From: Gammaproteobacteria bacterium
GTDB taxonomy: Bacteria; Pseudomonadota; Gammaproteobacteria; Xanthomonadales; SZUA-36
NCBI GenBank assembly: GCA_024277815.1
Contig: JAJRUM010000056.1
Span: 19,592 to 83,591, forward strand
Direction of reading: 5' to 3'
DNA: 64,000 bases
A program made the position numbers and the translations under genes. Shown here one piece after another: positions 19,351 to 30,372 of this stretch. The notes below the pieces were generated by a model. That model searched no databases and was not told the DNA's origin. It saw only the letters and a program-made list of their open reading frames with translations. Position 1 is the first letter of the stretch. Every line of letters begins with the position of its first letter.

Positions 19351-19821
19351 TCATCTCCGCTGGCGGAAAAACCCCTTCAACAAGGCAGAACTTTCATCCG
19401 CCAGGCAACCGCCAACCACTACTGGAGCGTGATTGTGGGCAGGATTGAGTAAAAGGTCAAACTTTCCACCCGCCGCACCGGTTTTCGGATCACTTGCGGC
19501 ATAAACAATACGCAACAGACGGGCGTGGATCATGGCGCCTGCGCACATCATGCAAGGCTCAAGCGTGGCGTAAAGAGTGCAATCCTTCAGGCGGTGATTA
19601 CCCAATGTTTTACCAGCCTCGCGCATGGCCATGATCTCAGCATGTGCAGAGGGGTCGTGAGAAGCGATATTACGATTCCAGCCACGGCCGACAATTTCGC
19701 CATTGTGTACAATCACTGCGCCGACCGGGACCTCTCCCTCGCAGGCTGCTTTTTCTGCCAACCGCAGAGCCTCTGCCATGTGTCTGGCATCATGCACACT
19801 GAGCGCGCGTTCAGGCATCAT
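19351..19821 (-). CDS. tadA: tRNA adenosine(34) deaminase
   Basis: 156 aa with the CDA zinc motifs HAEIMAM and PCMMCAGA. The N-terminal MAEALRLAEKA..EVPVGAVIV is typical of TadA. Confidence 0.93.
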   Translation of the reverse strand: MMPERALSVHDARHMAEALRLAEKAACEGEVPVGAVIVHNGEIVGRGWNRNIASHDPSAHAEIMAMREAGKTLGNHRLKDCTLYATLEPCMMCAGAMIHARLLRIVYAASDPKTGAAGGKFDLLLNPAHNHAPVVVGGCLADESSALLKGFFRQRR

Positions 19822-19994
19822 TCAACTGCAACGCCGTACTGCTGCTCATGGCTTTCACTTCTGCCAACAGGTGTCAATTTCCCTCTCCACGGTTCATTTT
19901 CGTCGTGCATATTAACTTACATTCACCATTGATCTCTGTGTAATATGCAGACTCTTTTTTCTTTCCATTGTTGGATCATATACTTTACCAAGCG

Positions 19995-22055
19995 ATGCGC
20001 CCGACCCAAAACAGATCCAACCTTTTGCTGCTGCCGTTCGCGCTGGCGGGTTTTGCCCTCGCGCAACCCGTGTACAACCTGTTGCTGGCCACACCCGTTT
20101 TCCTGTTGGCCCGTCAAAATACGGCTGCTGACGTTTGGGCGCTCACCAGCGTATTGAGTCTGCTCATCCCGCTGGCTCTGGCACTACCAGGTTGGTTGGC
20201 GTGGCGACGTTGGCCGCTCTATGCCTCCCTCTGGTGCTGGGCGGTCAGCAGCGTGTTTATTGCGCTGTTTGCAGCACAGTTATTGCAAAGCAGTCTCGGT
20301 GATCACTGGCTGTTGTTTATCGGTCTGACGGCGGCCACGGGCTGCACGCTAGCCTGGCTTCTGCTGTTTACCCGCTGGCAAACGCTCACACTTGTACTGG
20401 CCGCAGTGGCGGTATTGTTCCCGTTATGGTTTCTGTTTGGCGCCCGTGCTACCGAGCAGGTCGATACGTTCGCTGCGCTCTCACCCGAACACCAGGCGAC
20501 CGGCAAGCCACTTCCAGACATTGTCTTTATTATCCTCGACGAACTGCCTCTGGCCACGCTGCTGAATAGTGACCTGCAGATCGACCAGGAGTTGTTCCCT
20601 GGTTTTGCACGCTTACAGTCCATCTCCAACTGGTATGTCAACACCACATCCGTGTCCGACGGTACGGCTGATGCCGTGCCTTCCATTCTGACGGGTCGCT
20701 TTGCCGGTGAAGAAGATTCTGAACTGACCGTCGCGGAACACCCATTCAATCTCTTTACCATGCTGGGTCAACGCTACCGATACAATGTTGCAGAAACCGT
20801 TACACGCCTGTGCCCGACTTCACTATGCCCCCGTTCCGGACCTGGCATGGGTACCCGGTTCAAGGCATTGCTGCTGGATCTGACAGCCATCTACCTGCAT
20901 CGCATCACGCCCGACCGCTGGATCGCACAGTTGCCGGTGGTTACCAATAACTGGAGCGGTTTTTTTGCTGAGCGACAGGTGTTCTTTCCTGATGGGTGGC
21001 TGGAGTACGCGGGTCAGCAAACCACGATCGACCGGCCAGGTTATTTCAGGCGTTTCATTGCTTCGATTCAGAAGGGTGAACGACCGGGTCTGAATTTTAT
21101 GCACATCCTGTTCCCCCATGAACCACTGGCATATTTACCCGACGGCGAGAACTATGGCCTCCAGTGGTTGCGGGGCCTGCACAAACAACAGTGGGGTGAT
21201 GTGGAGTGGAGTATTGTCAGCGGTAAGCAACGGCATTTCCTGCAAACGCAATATGCCGACCGCCTGTTGGGTAGCTTGCTCGATCATTTGCAACAACAGG
21301 ACATGCTGGATGACAGCATGATCGTGGTGGTTGCGGATCACGGTATAAATTTTGCACTGAATGACCGGCGCCGGGGGCTCACTGACAACAACGCTGCAGC
21401 GATGCTAAGGGTACCCTTGCTGATCAAATTCCCCGGCCAGCATACTGGCAGGCGGCAAACCAATCCCGCCATGACCATCGATATTCTGCCCACCCTGCTG
21501 GCTACGCTGGGTATAACTTCCCAATCATTGCAAGCAGATGGCATCGATCTTCAGTCCTCCGCTGCATTGATACCACGCTCGAGAATTGCAAACTCCTACC
21601 TGCACAGGCAGCTGGAAGTCCTTGACGAGAGCCGCCTGAAACTTGCGCCGCTGGTGGCCGAGAACCGTACCCAGTTGAAGCTTGACAACAACACGGGCGC
21701 GTTGTGGCAAATCGGACCTTACGATGAGTACCGGGGACAAGACATGCAGGTCGTCTGCAAAGAATCAGTGACCGGTGTTGAAGCGCACCTGGATGGCTTC
21801 AGCAAACTGCCCAACACCCGACCGGAGCAAACCATACGGGCTTTTGTTGCGGGGGCTTTTAGTGGCGAGGAGGTACCGGCTTCATCGACACCATTTCTGA
21901 TTACCAGCCAGGGCCGTATCGTGGCTTCCGGAGATACCTGGCTGTTCAATGACCGTTGGTTATTTTTTGCATTGGTAGAGCCCGGCTACGTCAGGCAGGC
22001 CGATTGGGCACCAAAAGCCTGGCTGGTGGATGGGCAGCGATGCCTCGGCAAATGA
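19995..22055 (+). CDS. Polytopic membrane sulfatase-fold hydrolase/transferase, paralogue 2
   Basis: The start is set at ATG 19995; the ORF is open from a TTG at 19968. It has 4-5 N-terminal TM helices, then IILDELP, TTSVSDGTADAVPSILTG, HILFPHEPL and VVVADHGIN in the same order as paralogue 1, followed by a distinct C-terminal domain. Confidence 0.75.
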   Translation: MRPTQNRSNLLLLPFALAGFALAQPVYNLLLATPVFLLARQNTAADVWALTSVLSLLIPLALALPGWLAWRRWPLYASLWCWAVSSVFIALFAAQLLQSSLGDHWLLFIGLTAATGCTLAWLLLFTRWQTLTLVLAAVAVLFPLWFLFGARATEQVDTFAALSPEHQATGKPLPDIVFIILDELPLATLLNSDLQIDQELFPGFARLQSISNWYVNTTSVSDGTADAVPSILTGRFAGEEDSELTVAEHPFNLFTMLGQRYRYNVAETVTRLCPTSLCPRSGPGMGTRFKALLLDLTAIYLHRITPDRWIAQLPVVTNNWSGFFAERQVFFPDGWLEYAGQQTTIDRPGYFRRFIASIQKGERPGLNFMHILFPHEPLAYLPDGENYGLQWLRGLHKQQWGDVEWSIVSGKQRHFLQTQYADRLLGSLLDHLQQQDMLDDSMIVVVADHGINFALNDRRRGLTDNNAAAMLRVPLLIKFPGQHTGRRQTNPAMTIDILPTLLATLGITSQSLQADGIDLQSSAALIPRSRIANSYLHRQLEVLDESRLKLAPLVAENRTQLKLDNNTGALWQIGPYDEYRGQDMQVVCKESVTGVEAHLDGFSKLPNTRPEQTIRAFVAGAFSGEEVPASSTPFLITSQGRIVASGDTWLFNDRWLFFALVEPGYVRQADWAPKAWLVDGQRCLGK

Positions 22056-22066
22056 ATTAGCCGCTG

Positions 22067-23659
22067 TCACTCCCACTCAATGGTCGCAGGAGGCTTGCCC
22101 GATATATCATAAACTACTCGAGATACACCAGTTATCTCATTGATTATCCTTAAAGATACCTTCTCAAGAAAATCATAAGGCAGTCTTGCCCAAATGGCGG
22201 TCATGAAGTCGACAGTCTCCACCGCCCGTAATGCAACCACCCACTCATAGCGCCGCTGATCACCCACTACTCCTACCGACTTAACCGGTAGGAATACCGC
22301 AAAGGCCTGGCTTACCTTGTCGTACAGGCCGTGGTTGCGCAGTTCATCGATAAATATCTGATCGGCACGGGCCAATGGCTCCAGGTATTCTTCACGAACC
22401 TCGCCGAGGATGCGTACACCCAGTCCCGGGCCGGGAAATGGATGCCGGTTGACCATTTCTGCTGCCAACCCAAGCTCAACACCGATGCGGCGCACCTCGT
22501 CTTTGAACAGTTCACGTAAAGGCTCAACCAACTGCATCTGCATGTAATCAGGCAGGCCGCCTACATTGTGGTGCGACTTGATCACATGGGCCTTGCCGGT
22601 GCGACTGCCTGCCGACTCAATGACATCCGGGTAAATCGTACCCTGTGCCAGCCATTTAACCTGCCCGTCCGAACGCGTGCAGGCTTTTGCCTGCTCTTCG
22701 AAAATATCGATAAACAGGTTGCCAATAACCTTACGCTTCTGCTCCGGATCCTCAACACCCGCAAGGCCAGCCAGAAAGCGCTCACGTGCATTAACCCGGA
22801 TGACATGCACGCCCATATGGCGGGCAAAGGTCTCCATGACCTGGTCACCTTCCTGGTAGCGTAACAGGCCCGTATCCACAAAAATACAGGTCAGCTGGTC
22901 ACCGATCGCCTCATGCAACAAGACAGCAACTACGCTGGAATCAACACCACCTGACAAGCCCAACAGCACATGCTCTTCGCCAACGTCTCGGCGCACGTTT
23001 GCGATAGCGTCTTCGATAATATTGGCAGCCGTCCAGCGGGCATCGCAGGCACATATGTCAACTACAAAGCGTTGCAATATCTGCAGCCCACTGCTGGTGT
23101 GCGTGACTTCAGGATGGAACTGTACGCCGTAGAACCGGCGCGCTTCATCCGCAATCGCGCAAACCGGTGCAGACTCGGAACGGGCAATCAGCTCAAAGCC
23201 CTGCGGCAGGCTGGTAACTTTATCGCCATGGCTCATCCATACATCCAGCCACTGCTCCCCACCCTCTTGGGTGTCACGGTCCGAGATGCCATCAAAAAGC
23301 GCTGACGGGCGGGTCAGTTCTACCTCTGCATAGCCAAATTCCTTTTCGTCAGATGGCTCAACCTTTCCGCCCAGTTGCGCCGCCATGGTGTGCAGGCCAT
23401 AGCAGATACCCAGCACCGGTACCTCTAACTCAAATATGCCGTCCGGCGCTCTGGGACCTTCCTCAGTGGTTGCTGATTCCGGGCCACCTGAAAGAATAAT
23501 GCCACGTGGCTGAAAGCCGGTAATTTCTTCGGCTTCAACGTCCCAGGGCCAGATTTCGCAGTAAACGCCGATTTCACGGACGCGACGGGCAATCAGTTGG
23601 GTGTACTGTGAGCCGAAATCCAGTATCAGGATGCGATGCTGGTGAATGTCTTGTGTCAT
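22067..23659 (-). CDS. guaA: GMP synthase (glutamine-hydrolysing)
   Basis: The canonical N-terminus [29 protein letters not shown] begins at ATG 23659. The C-terminal ...KPPATIEWE is the classic GuaA end. The 60-codon upstream extension in the ORF track overlaps guaB and is rejected. Confidence 0.95.
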   Translation of the reverse strand: MTQDIHQHRILILDFGSQYTQLIARRVREIGVYCEIWPWDVEAEEITGFQPRGIILSGGPESATTEEGPRAPDGIFELEVPVLGICYGLHTMAAQLGGKVEPSDEKEFGYAEVELTRPSALFDGISDRDTQEGGEQWLDVWMSHGDKVTSLPQGFELIARSESAPVCAIADEARRFYGVQFHPEVTHTSSGLQILQRFVVDICACDARWTAANIIEDAIANVRRDVGEEHVLLGLSGGVDSSVVAVLLHEAIGDQLTCIFVDTGLLRYQEGDQVMETFARHMGVHVIRVNARERFLAGLAGVEDPEQKRKVIGNLFIDIFEEQAKACTRSDGQVKWLAQGTIYPDVIESAGSRTGKAHVIKSHHNVGGLPDYMQMQLVEPLRELFKDEVRRIGVELGLAAEMVNRHPFPGPGLGVRILGEVREEYLEPLARADQIFIDELRNHGLYDKVSQAFAVFLPVKSVGVVGDQRRYEWVVALRAVETVDFMTAIWARLPYDFLEKVSLRIINEITGVSRVVYDISGKPPATIEWE

Positions 23660-23678
23660 ATACCTTCCAGGGTCGCGG

Positions 23679-25204
<1,526 letters not shown>

Positions 25205-25262
25205 GCTCTGCGACGTGCTTAATAACAGGTGGGATTTCATGAATATAGTCCGGCTGGCCGTA

Positions 25263-26966
25263 TCATGGCCTTTGCCACACCCGTTCACCATCAACCCAGG
25301 TCTGCATCACCCGGATTCCGGGTATCTTTGCAGCCTCAACCAGCATCACATCCTGGTCCAGGACGACAAAATCGGCACGCTTGCCCGGTTCCAGAGAGCC
25401 CACGCTCTCTTCCATGAAGCCGGCATAGGCCGCATCAAGTGTGAAGCCACGCACCGCTTCCTCGCGGCTAAGTACCTGCTGTGAATACCAACCACCCTCC
25501 GGCCAGCCACGGACATCCTTGCGCGTTACCGCGGCATAAATACCCAGCATCGGATTCACCTGTTCCACAGGAAAATCTGAACCCAGCGCCAATCGCGCCC
25601 CGGCATCCAGCAATGAACGCCAGGCATAAGCAAAGCGAACACGTTCAGGACCAAGGCGTTTTTCTATCCAGTACATATCGCTGGTTGCATGGGTAGGCTG
25701 CATCGCCGCAAGGATTCCAAGTTGCTCAAACCTGGGTATATCGTCTGCTGTCAGGGTTTGCGCATGCTCAATACGGTGGCGGCCAGGATTGTCCGGGAAG
25801 TTGCGCATCGAAGCCTCCAGAGCATCCAGCGCAATGCGGTTACCACGGTCACCAATCGCATGCACGGCTACCTGAAAGCCGCAAGTCATTGCGCTGTCGA
25901 CCATCCTCTTCAAGGCCTCAGGCGCAACAAATAAAAGGCCCAGGTTGCCTGCATCATCCGAATAATCTTCCAACAAGGCCGCCCCACGACTGCCCATTGC
26001 CCCGTCAATATATAGCTTGACGGAATGCATGAACAAACGCCCCGATGCATCGATTACAGCACCATTCTCACATAACCAGTCCAGTGTCGCACCGGCACCA
26101 TCTGTCATCGCGTATACGCGGACCGGCAAGCGTCCTTCTCGAATCCTTTGCTGATATAACTCCAGCACCTCACGACTTATGCCCGGATCATGCACACCCG
26201 TCAGGCCAAAGCTGAGCATTTGTTGCAGGGCCAGATCCAGTGATGCCTGCAACAAAAGCGTCGAGATTTCCGGTACGGCCTTATCCACCAGCGCCATCGC
26301 GCCATCTACCAACACACCACTGGCCTGGCCAGATGCATCCCGGTATATATGCCCACCCTGCGGTTGCCAGTCACCGCTAAGGTCCTGGTCAACCATCGCC
26401 AGGGCAGCACTGTTGGCCCATGCTGCGTGTCCATCAATGCGGCGCAGCCAGACGGGGCGGTCTGGAAATACCTGGTCAAGATCAGACCTGTCGGGGAATA
26501 CCTGAACCGGCCAGTCGTTCTGGTCCCAACCGCGTCCCAGCAGCCAGTCACCTGCTGCCAGGTTCTTTTCATGCTCGCGTAACTTACGCAGCACATCCTG
26601 CTTGCTGGTTGTGCCCTGCAACTGTGCCTGTGACAGGCTCACAGCGAGGCCGTAAAGGTGACCATGTGAATCAATCAGTCCCGGAACTACGGTCCTTCCA
26701 CCCATGTCGATTTGCGTTGCATCGGGAAACATCTCCCGCAGCGGTTGCAGGTTGCCGACGTACCTGATCTCACCGCTATGGTCGAACACCATTGAGTCCG
26801 CCGTTGAGAAGCCACGATCCATCGTATATATCCGTGCGTTGTGGATCAGTATGTGTTCCTGATCCAGCTGAGTGGGGGCAACAACAGGCTCATTTTGAGC
26901 AGCTTTTTCAGGCTCACAGGCCATGCAAAACAACACCAGCAACAATAAAACGGGGTTTCCAGGCAT
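25263..26966 (-). CDS. Amidohydrolase-family metallohydrolase lipoprotein (Amidohydro_3 / YtcJ-like)
   Basis: The start is set at ATG 26966 (MPGNPVLLLLVLFCMAC, a lipobox). VPGLIDSHGH, VAVHAIGD, RIEHAQ and LGSDFPV are metal-binding motifs of the amidohydrolase superfamily. Confidence 0.8.
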   Translation of the reverse strand: MPGNPVLLLLVLFCMACEPEKAAQNEPVVAPTQLDQEHILIHNARIYTMDRGFSTADSMVFDHSGEIRYVGNLQPLREMFPDATQIDMGGRTVVPGLIDSHGHLYGLAVSLSQAQLQGTTSKQDVLRKLREHEKNLAAGDWLLGRGWDQNDWPVQVFPDRSDLDQVFPDRPVWLRRIDGHAAWANSAALAMVDQDLSGDWQPQGGHIYRDASGQASGVLVDGAMALVDKAVPEISTLLLQASLDLALQQMLSFGLTGVHDPGISREVLELYQQRIREGRLPVRVYAMTDGAGATLDWLCENGAVIDASGRLFMHSVKLYIDGAMGSRGAALLEDYSDDAGNLGLLFVAPEALKRMVDSAMTCGFQVAVHAIGDRGNRIALDALEASMRNFPDNPGRHRIEHAQTLTADDIPRFEQLGILAAMQPTHATSDMYWIEKRLGPERVRFAYAWRSLLDAGARLALGSDFPVEQVNPMLGIYAAVTRKDVRGWPEGGWYSQQVLSREEAVRGFTLDAAYAGFMEESVGSLEPGKRADFVVLDQDVMLVEAAKIPGIRVMQTWVDGERVWQRP

Positions 26967-27025
26967 GCACAACTCCAGCGTCAACCGAACAGGACAGAAG
27001 ATCACATTGAGTTTATCATCTGCAT

Positions 27026-28261
27026 ATGGAAACTGACGACCCGCAAACCGGCATTGTTTATTCTCCCAGCGAACTGAACCACGAAGCCCGGATTCACCTG
27101 GAAGCCGGTTTTGGCCGGGTCTGGGTTGAGGGCGAAATATCCAACCTCAGTCGCCCTGCTTCCGGGCATATATATTTCTCGTTGAAGGATGATAAGGCGC
27201 AGATCAGCTGTGCCCTGTTCCGTTCAAATACCTATGGCATGGGCTTCAAACCTGAAAACGGCATGCTGGTCAGGGCGCGTGGACGGGTCAGCCTGTACGA
27301 GGCCCGTGGCAATTACCAGTTGATTGCGGATTCACTGGTACGTGCCGGTGAGGGCCTGCTGCGGGCCAAATTCCAACTGCTGAAGAACAATCTTGAAGCC
27401 GAGGGTTTATTCAGCGAGACCCATAAAAAGCCCCTGCCCCAGTTTCCACTGAGGATAGCGGTAGTGACTTCCCCTTCCGGTGCCGCATTGCGTGACATTC
27501 TGAATGTATTGCAACGCCGCTGGCCACTGGCCACGGTGCGTGTATATGGCGTTCCGGTTCAGGGCGAGGAAGCCGCACCCGCAATCGTGAAAGCGTTGGA
27601 GGCGGTGAATCGCCATCACTGGGCACAGGTCGTCGTGGTTGGCCGGGGCGGTGGTTCGCTGGAAGACTTGTGGGCTTTTAACGAAGAGTCTGTCGCCAGG
27701 GCAATCTTCGCATCCGAACTGCCGGTGGTCTCTGCCGTGGGCCATGAAATAGATTTCAGCATCAGCGACTTTGTTGCCGATCTGCGCGCACCCACGCCTT
27801 CTGCAGCAGCCGAGCTGATTTCTCCTGACCAACGGGTACTCTTACAGTCCCTCGACTCGCTTGGCAGGCGCTTACAGCAGCGTATGCAGTCCATCCTGCA
27901 ACGACTGTCACAAAAACTCGACCATCTTGCTCATCGCTTGCAGCAACAACACCCGGGCCAGCGCCTCGCTCAACACCGCAAGCTGTTGCTACAGGCAAAG
28001 CAGCGCTTGCTGCTGGCCGGTTCACGTATTGTGCCGGAGCGCCGCCGTTACCTGCAGGACCTGGCCCGTACGCTCAATGCCGTCAGTCCGCTACCAACAC
28101 TCGCCCGCGGCTATGCGATTGTGCGCGATACCGATTCTGGCATAACGATTACTTCTGTACAGAACGTAAAGAAAGAACAAGCCCTGATTACCCAACTAAG
28201 TGATGGGCAGATCCACTCAAGCGTTGACAAGACCAGTAAACAGACCCTGACCAGGAAATAG
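27026..28261 (+). CDS. xseA: Exodeoxyribonuclease VII large subunit
   Basis: 411 aa with the OB-fold N-terminus (VWVEGEISNLSRPASGHIYFSLKD), VVTSPSGAALRDIL, RGGGSLEDLWAFNEE and a long coiled-coil C-terminus. Confidence 0.93.
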   Translation: METDDPQTGIVYSPSELNHEARIHLEAGFGRVWVEGEISNLSRPASGHIYFSLKDDKAQISCALFRSNTYGMGFKPENGMLVRARGRVSLYEARGNYQLIADSLVRAGEGLLRAKFQLLKNNLEAEGLFSETHKKPLPQFPLRIAVVTSPSGAALRDILNVLQRRWPLATVRVYGVPVQGEEAAPAIVKALEAVNRHHWAQVVVVGRGGGSLEDLWAFNEESVARAIFASELPVVSAVGHEIDFSISDFVADLRAPTPSAAAELISPDQRVLLQSLDSLGRRLQQRMQSILQRLSQKLDHLAHRLQQQHPGQRLAQHRKLLLQAKQRLLLAGSRIVPERRRYLQDLARTLNAVSPLPTLARGYAIVRDTDSGITITSVQNVKKEQALITQLSDGQIHSSVDKTSKQTLTRK

Positions 28262-28345
28262 CAACAACAGTTAGACCCTTTTTACTCCTGCCTGCGTATT
28301 AACCGGGTACGCAAGATAATTTTTATCCATCAGGAGTACAAAAGC

Positions 28346-30151
28346 ATGCGCTTCAAGGCATTTATCATCACCCTTCTTCTCACCACACTGGCCGCCTGTG
28401 CTGTCGATGACAATGAGCAACAGGTATCCAGGCTTGAGCCGGAAAAACACCGGCCGGAAGTTCTGAGTGAAGTACTTCCACCGGCCACTGTCGGCCAGAC
28501 CGGCACTTCAACGGCGGACCGCTCCGCTCTGCCGGCTGTTGCTGAAATGGATAAAGTTGAAATCAGGGCACGCACCAGAGGCGATTCGATGCTGAAGTAT
28601 GTGGACTACTCGGCAATGCCCACAGCCTCACTTGCAGTAGCTGGCATTCAACCCAACATACGCCCCGCATCTGAACCGCTATACCGTGAAAACTATCAAC
28701 ACTTCGACAGCCAACGGGTCACCCGGGTTAGCAGTAACCCTGTATCGACGTTCTCTATCGATGTTGACACCGGCGCCTACACCAACATGCGCCGCTGGCT
28801 GAACCAGGGCCAGTTGCCGCCGGAAGATGCTGTCCGGGTTGAAGAGTTAATCAACTATTTTGACTACGACTACCCGTTTCCAGAAAATACCAAGACACCT
28901 TTTCAGGTCAGCACAGAAGTTGCGCCAACACCCTGGAACACCAACACACGCCTACTGCGCATTGGTATCCAGGGCTATCAGGTCACGAAATCAAAGTTGC
29001 CCGCTTCGAACCTGGTCTTTCTGATTGATGTCTCCGGCTCAATGAGTTCAACCGATAAATTACCATTATTGCAGCAGGCTCTGACCATGTTGACCAATGA
29101 ACTGGATGGCCAAGACCGAATCAGCATGGTTGTTTATGCCGGTGCATCAGGTGTCGTTCTGCCGCCCACAACCGGTGACCAAAAAGCCACTATCCTGATG
29201 GCTCTTCAGCAGTTGCAGGCCGGGGGATCTACCAATGGCGCGGCGGGCATTCGCCTGGCCTACCAGATGGCGCAGCAGGGCTTCATCCCCGGTGGCATCA
29301 ACCGGGTTATCCTCGCCACCGACGGCGACTTCAACGTTGGCCTGGCCAGCACCGAAGAGCTGATCGACCTGATCCAGCGCCAGCGCAAGGCCGGTATCGC
29401 CCTGACCACGCTGGGCTTTGGCAGCGGCAATTACAACGATCACCTGATGGAACAACTGGCAGATGAAGGCGATGGTAACTACGCCTATATAGACCGGCTC
29501 GGTGAGGCCCGCAAAGTGCTGTCTGAAGAACTTTCCTCAACCTTGTTGACGATCGCCAAAGACGTCAAGATCCAGGTTGAGTTCAACCCCGCCCGGGTTT
29601 CCGAATATCGCCTGATCGGATACGAAAATCGAAAATTGAATGAGGAAGATTTTGCCAACGATAAAGTTGATGCCGGTGAAATCGGTGCCGGACACCGGGT
29701 TACCGCACTGTATGAAATCAGCCTGGTCGGCAGCAAGGGCCAGCGCCTGCCACCGCGACGTTACCAGAACCAGACGCCTGGCAATAAATCTGTTGACGGG
29801 TCTTTTGGCCAGGAACTCGCACACCTGCGTATCCGCTATAAGCTTCCCACTGAGTCTGTCTCCAAGCTGATCGAAACACCCATTGTTGACAGTGGCAACA
29901 AAACCCACGCCAGTGACAGCTTTAATTTTGCGGCATCGGTCGCCGCTTTTGGGCAGAAATTGCGCGGTGGCACCTACCTTGAAGCCTTCAGCTACGATGA
30001 CATCGCCAAACTGGCCCGCCAGTCCAGGGGTGATGATGCGCACGGTTACCGCAGTGAATTTATGCAACTGGTTGGCCTGGCTGATACGCTGGATAAATCA
30101 AGCCCGATGGCTGTACGCCAAGTGACTGCCCGGCCGGTTGGTACCCCTTGA
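28346..30151 (+). CDS. von Willebrand factor A domain lipoprotein (YfbK-like: N-terminal vWA-associated region, VWA domain, C-terminal domain)
   Basis: 601 aa with a lipobox (LLTTLAAC). STFSIDVDTGAYTNMRR, the MIDAS motif LIDVSGSMSS and ILATDGDFNVG are present. It is preceded by an AGGAG Shine-Dalgarno. Confidence 0.8.
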   Translation: MRFKAFIITLLLTTLAACAVDDNEQQVSRLEPEKHRPEVLSEVLPPATVGQTGTSTADRSALPAVAEMDKVEIRARTRGDSMLKYVDYSAMPTASLAVAGIQPNIRPASEPLYRENYQHFDSQRVTRVSSNPVSTFSIDVDTGAYTNMRRWLNQGQLPPEDAVRVEELINYFDYDYPFPENTKTPFQVSTEVAPTPWNTNTRLLRIGIQGYQVTKSKLPASNLVFLIDVSGSMSSTDKLPLLQQALTMLTNELDGQDRISMVVYAGASGVVLPPTTGDQKATILMALQQLQAGGSTNGAAGIRLAYQMAQQGFIPGGINRVILATDGDFNVGLASTEELIDLIQRQRKAGIALTTLGFGSGNYNDHLMEQLADEGDGNYAYIDRLGEARKVLSEELSSTLLTIAKDVKIQVEFNPARVSEYRLIGYENRKLNEEDFANDKVDAGEIGAGHRVTALYEISLVGSKGQRLPPRRYQNQTPGNKSVDGSFGQELAHLRIRYKLPTESVSKLIETPIVDSGNKTHASDSFNFAASVAAFGQKLRGGTYLEAFSYDDIAKLARQSRGDDAHGYRSEFMQLVGLADTLDKSSPMAVRQVTARPVGTP

Positions 30152-30155
30152 ATAC

Positions 30156-30308
30156 GCGGGGGTATGGGTGCTCTCCGGTGAGACACGCCGCGAGTACCTC
30201 CGTGTAGGCTCTGAAAAAACCTGGCCCAGGCCAGCCTCTCGACCAGCACGCTGGTCTCACCTTCTCCCTGTTTTTTAAGGTCTCACCGGAGAGCACCCAC
30301 ACCCCCGC
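30156..30308. repeat. 153-bp element bounded by 29-bp near-perfect inverted repeats (MITE-like or structured RNA)
   Basis: gcgggggtatgggtgctctccggtgagac (30156-30184) is the reverse complement of gtctcaccggagagcacccacacccccgc (30280-30308), matching at 28 of 29 positions. The 95-nt spacer contains two further short hairpins, an A6/T6 run and a partial third copy (ggtctcacc, 30253-30261). Confidence 0.8.
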
Positions 30309-30372
30309 TCAGCGTGTGCCTTCATATGCAAGAGTGCTTGGCGCATCGATCCGAATCCGCTACGCTGAGCGG

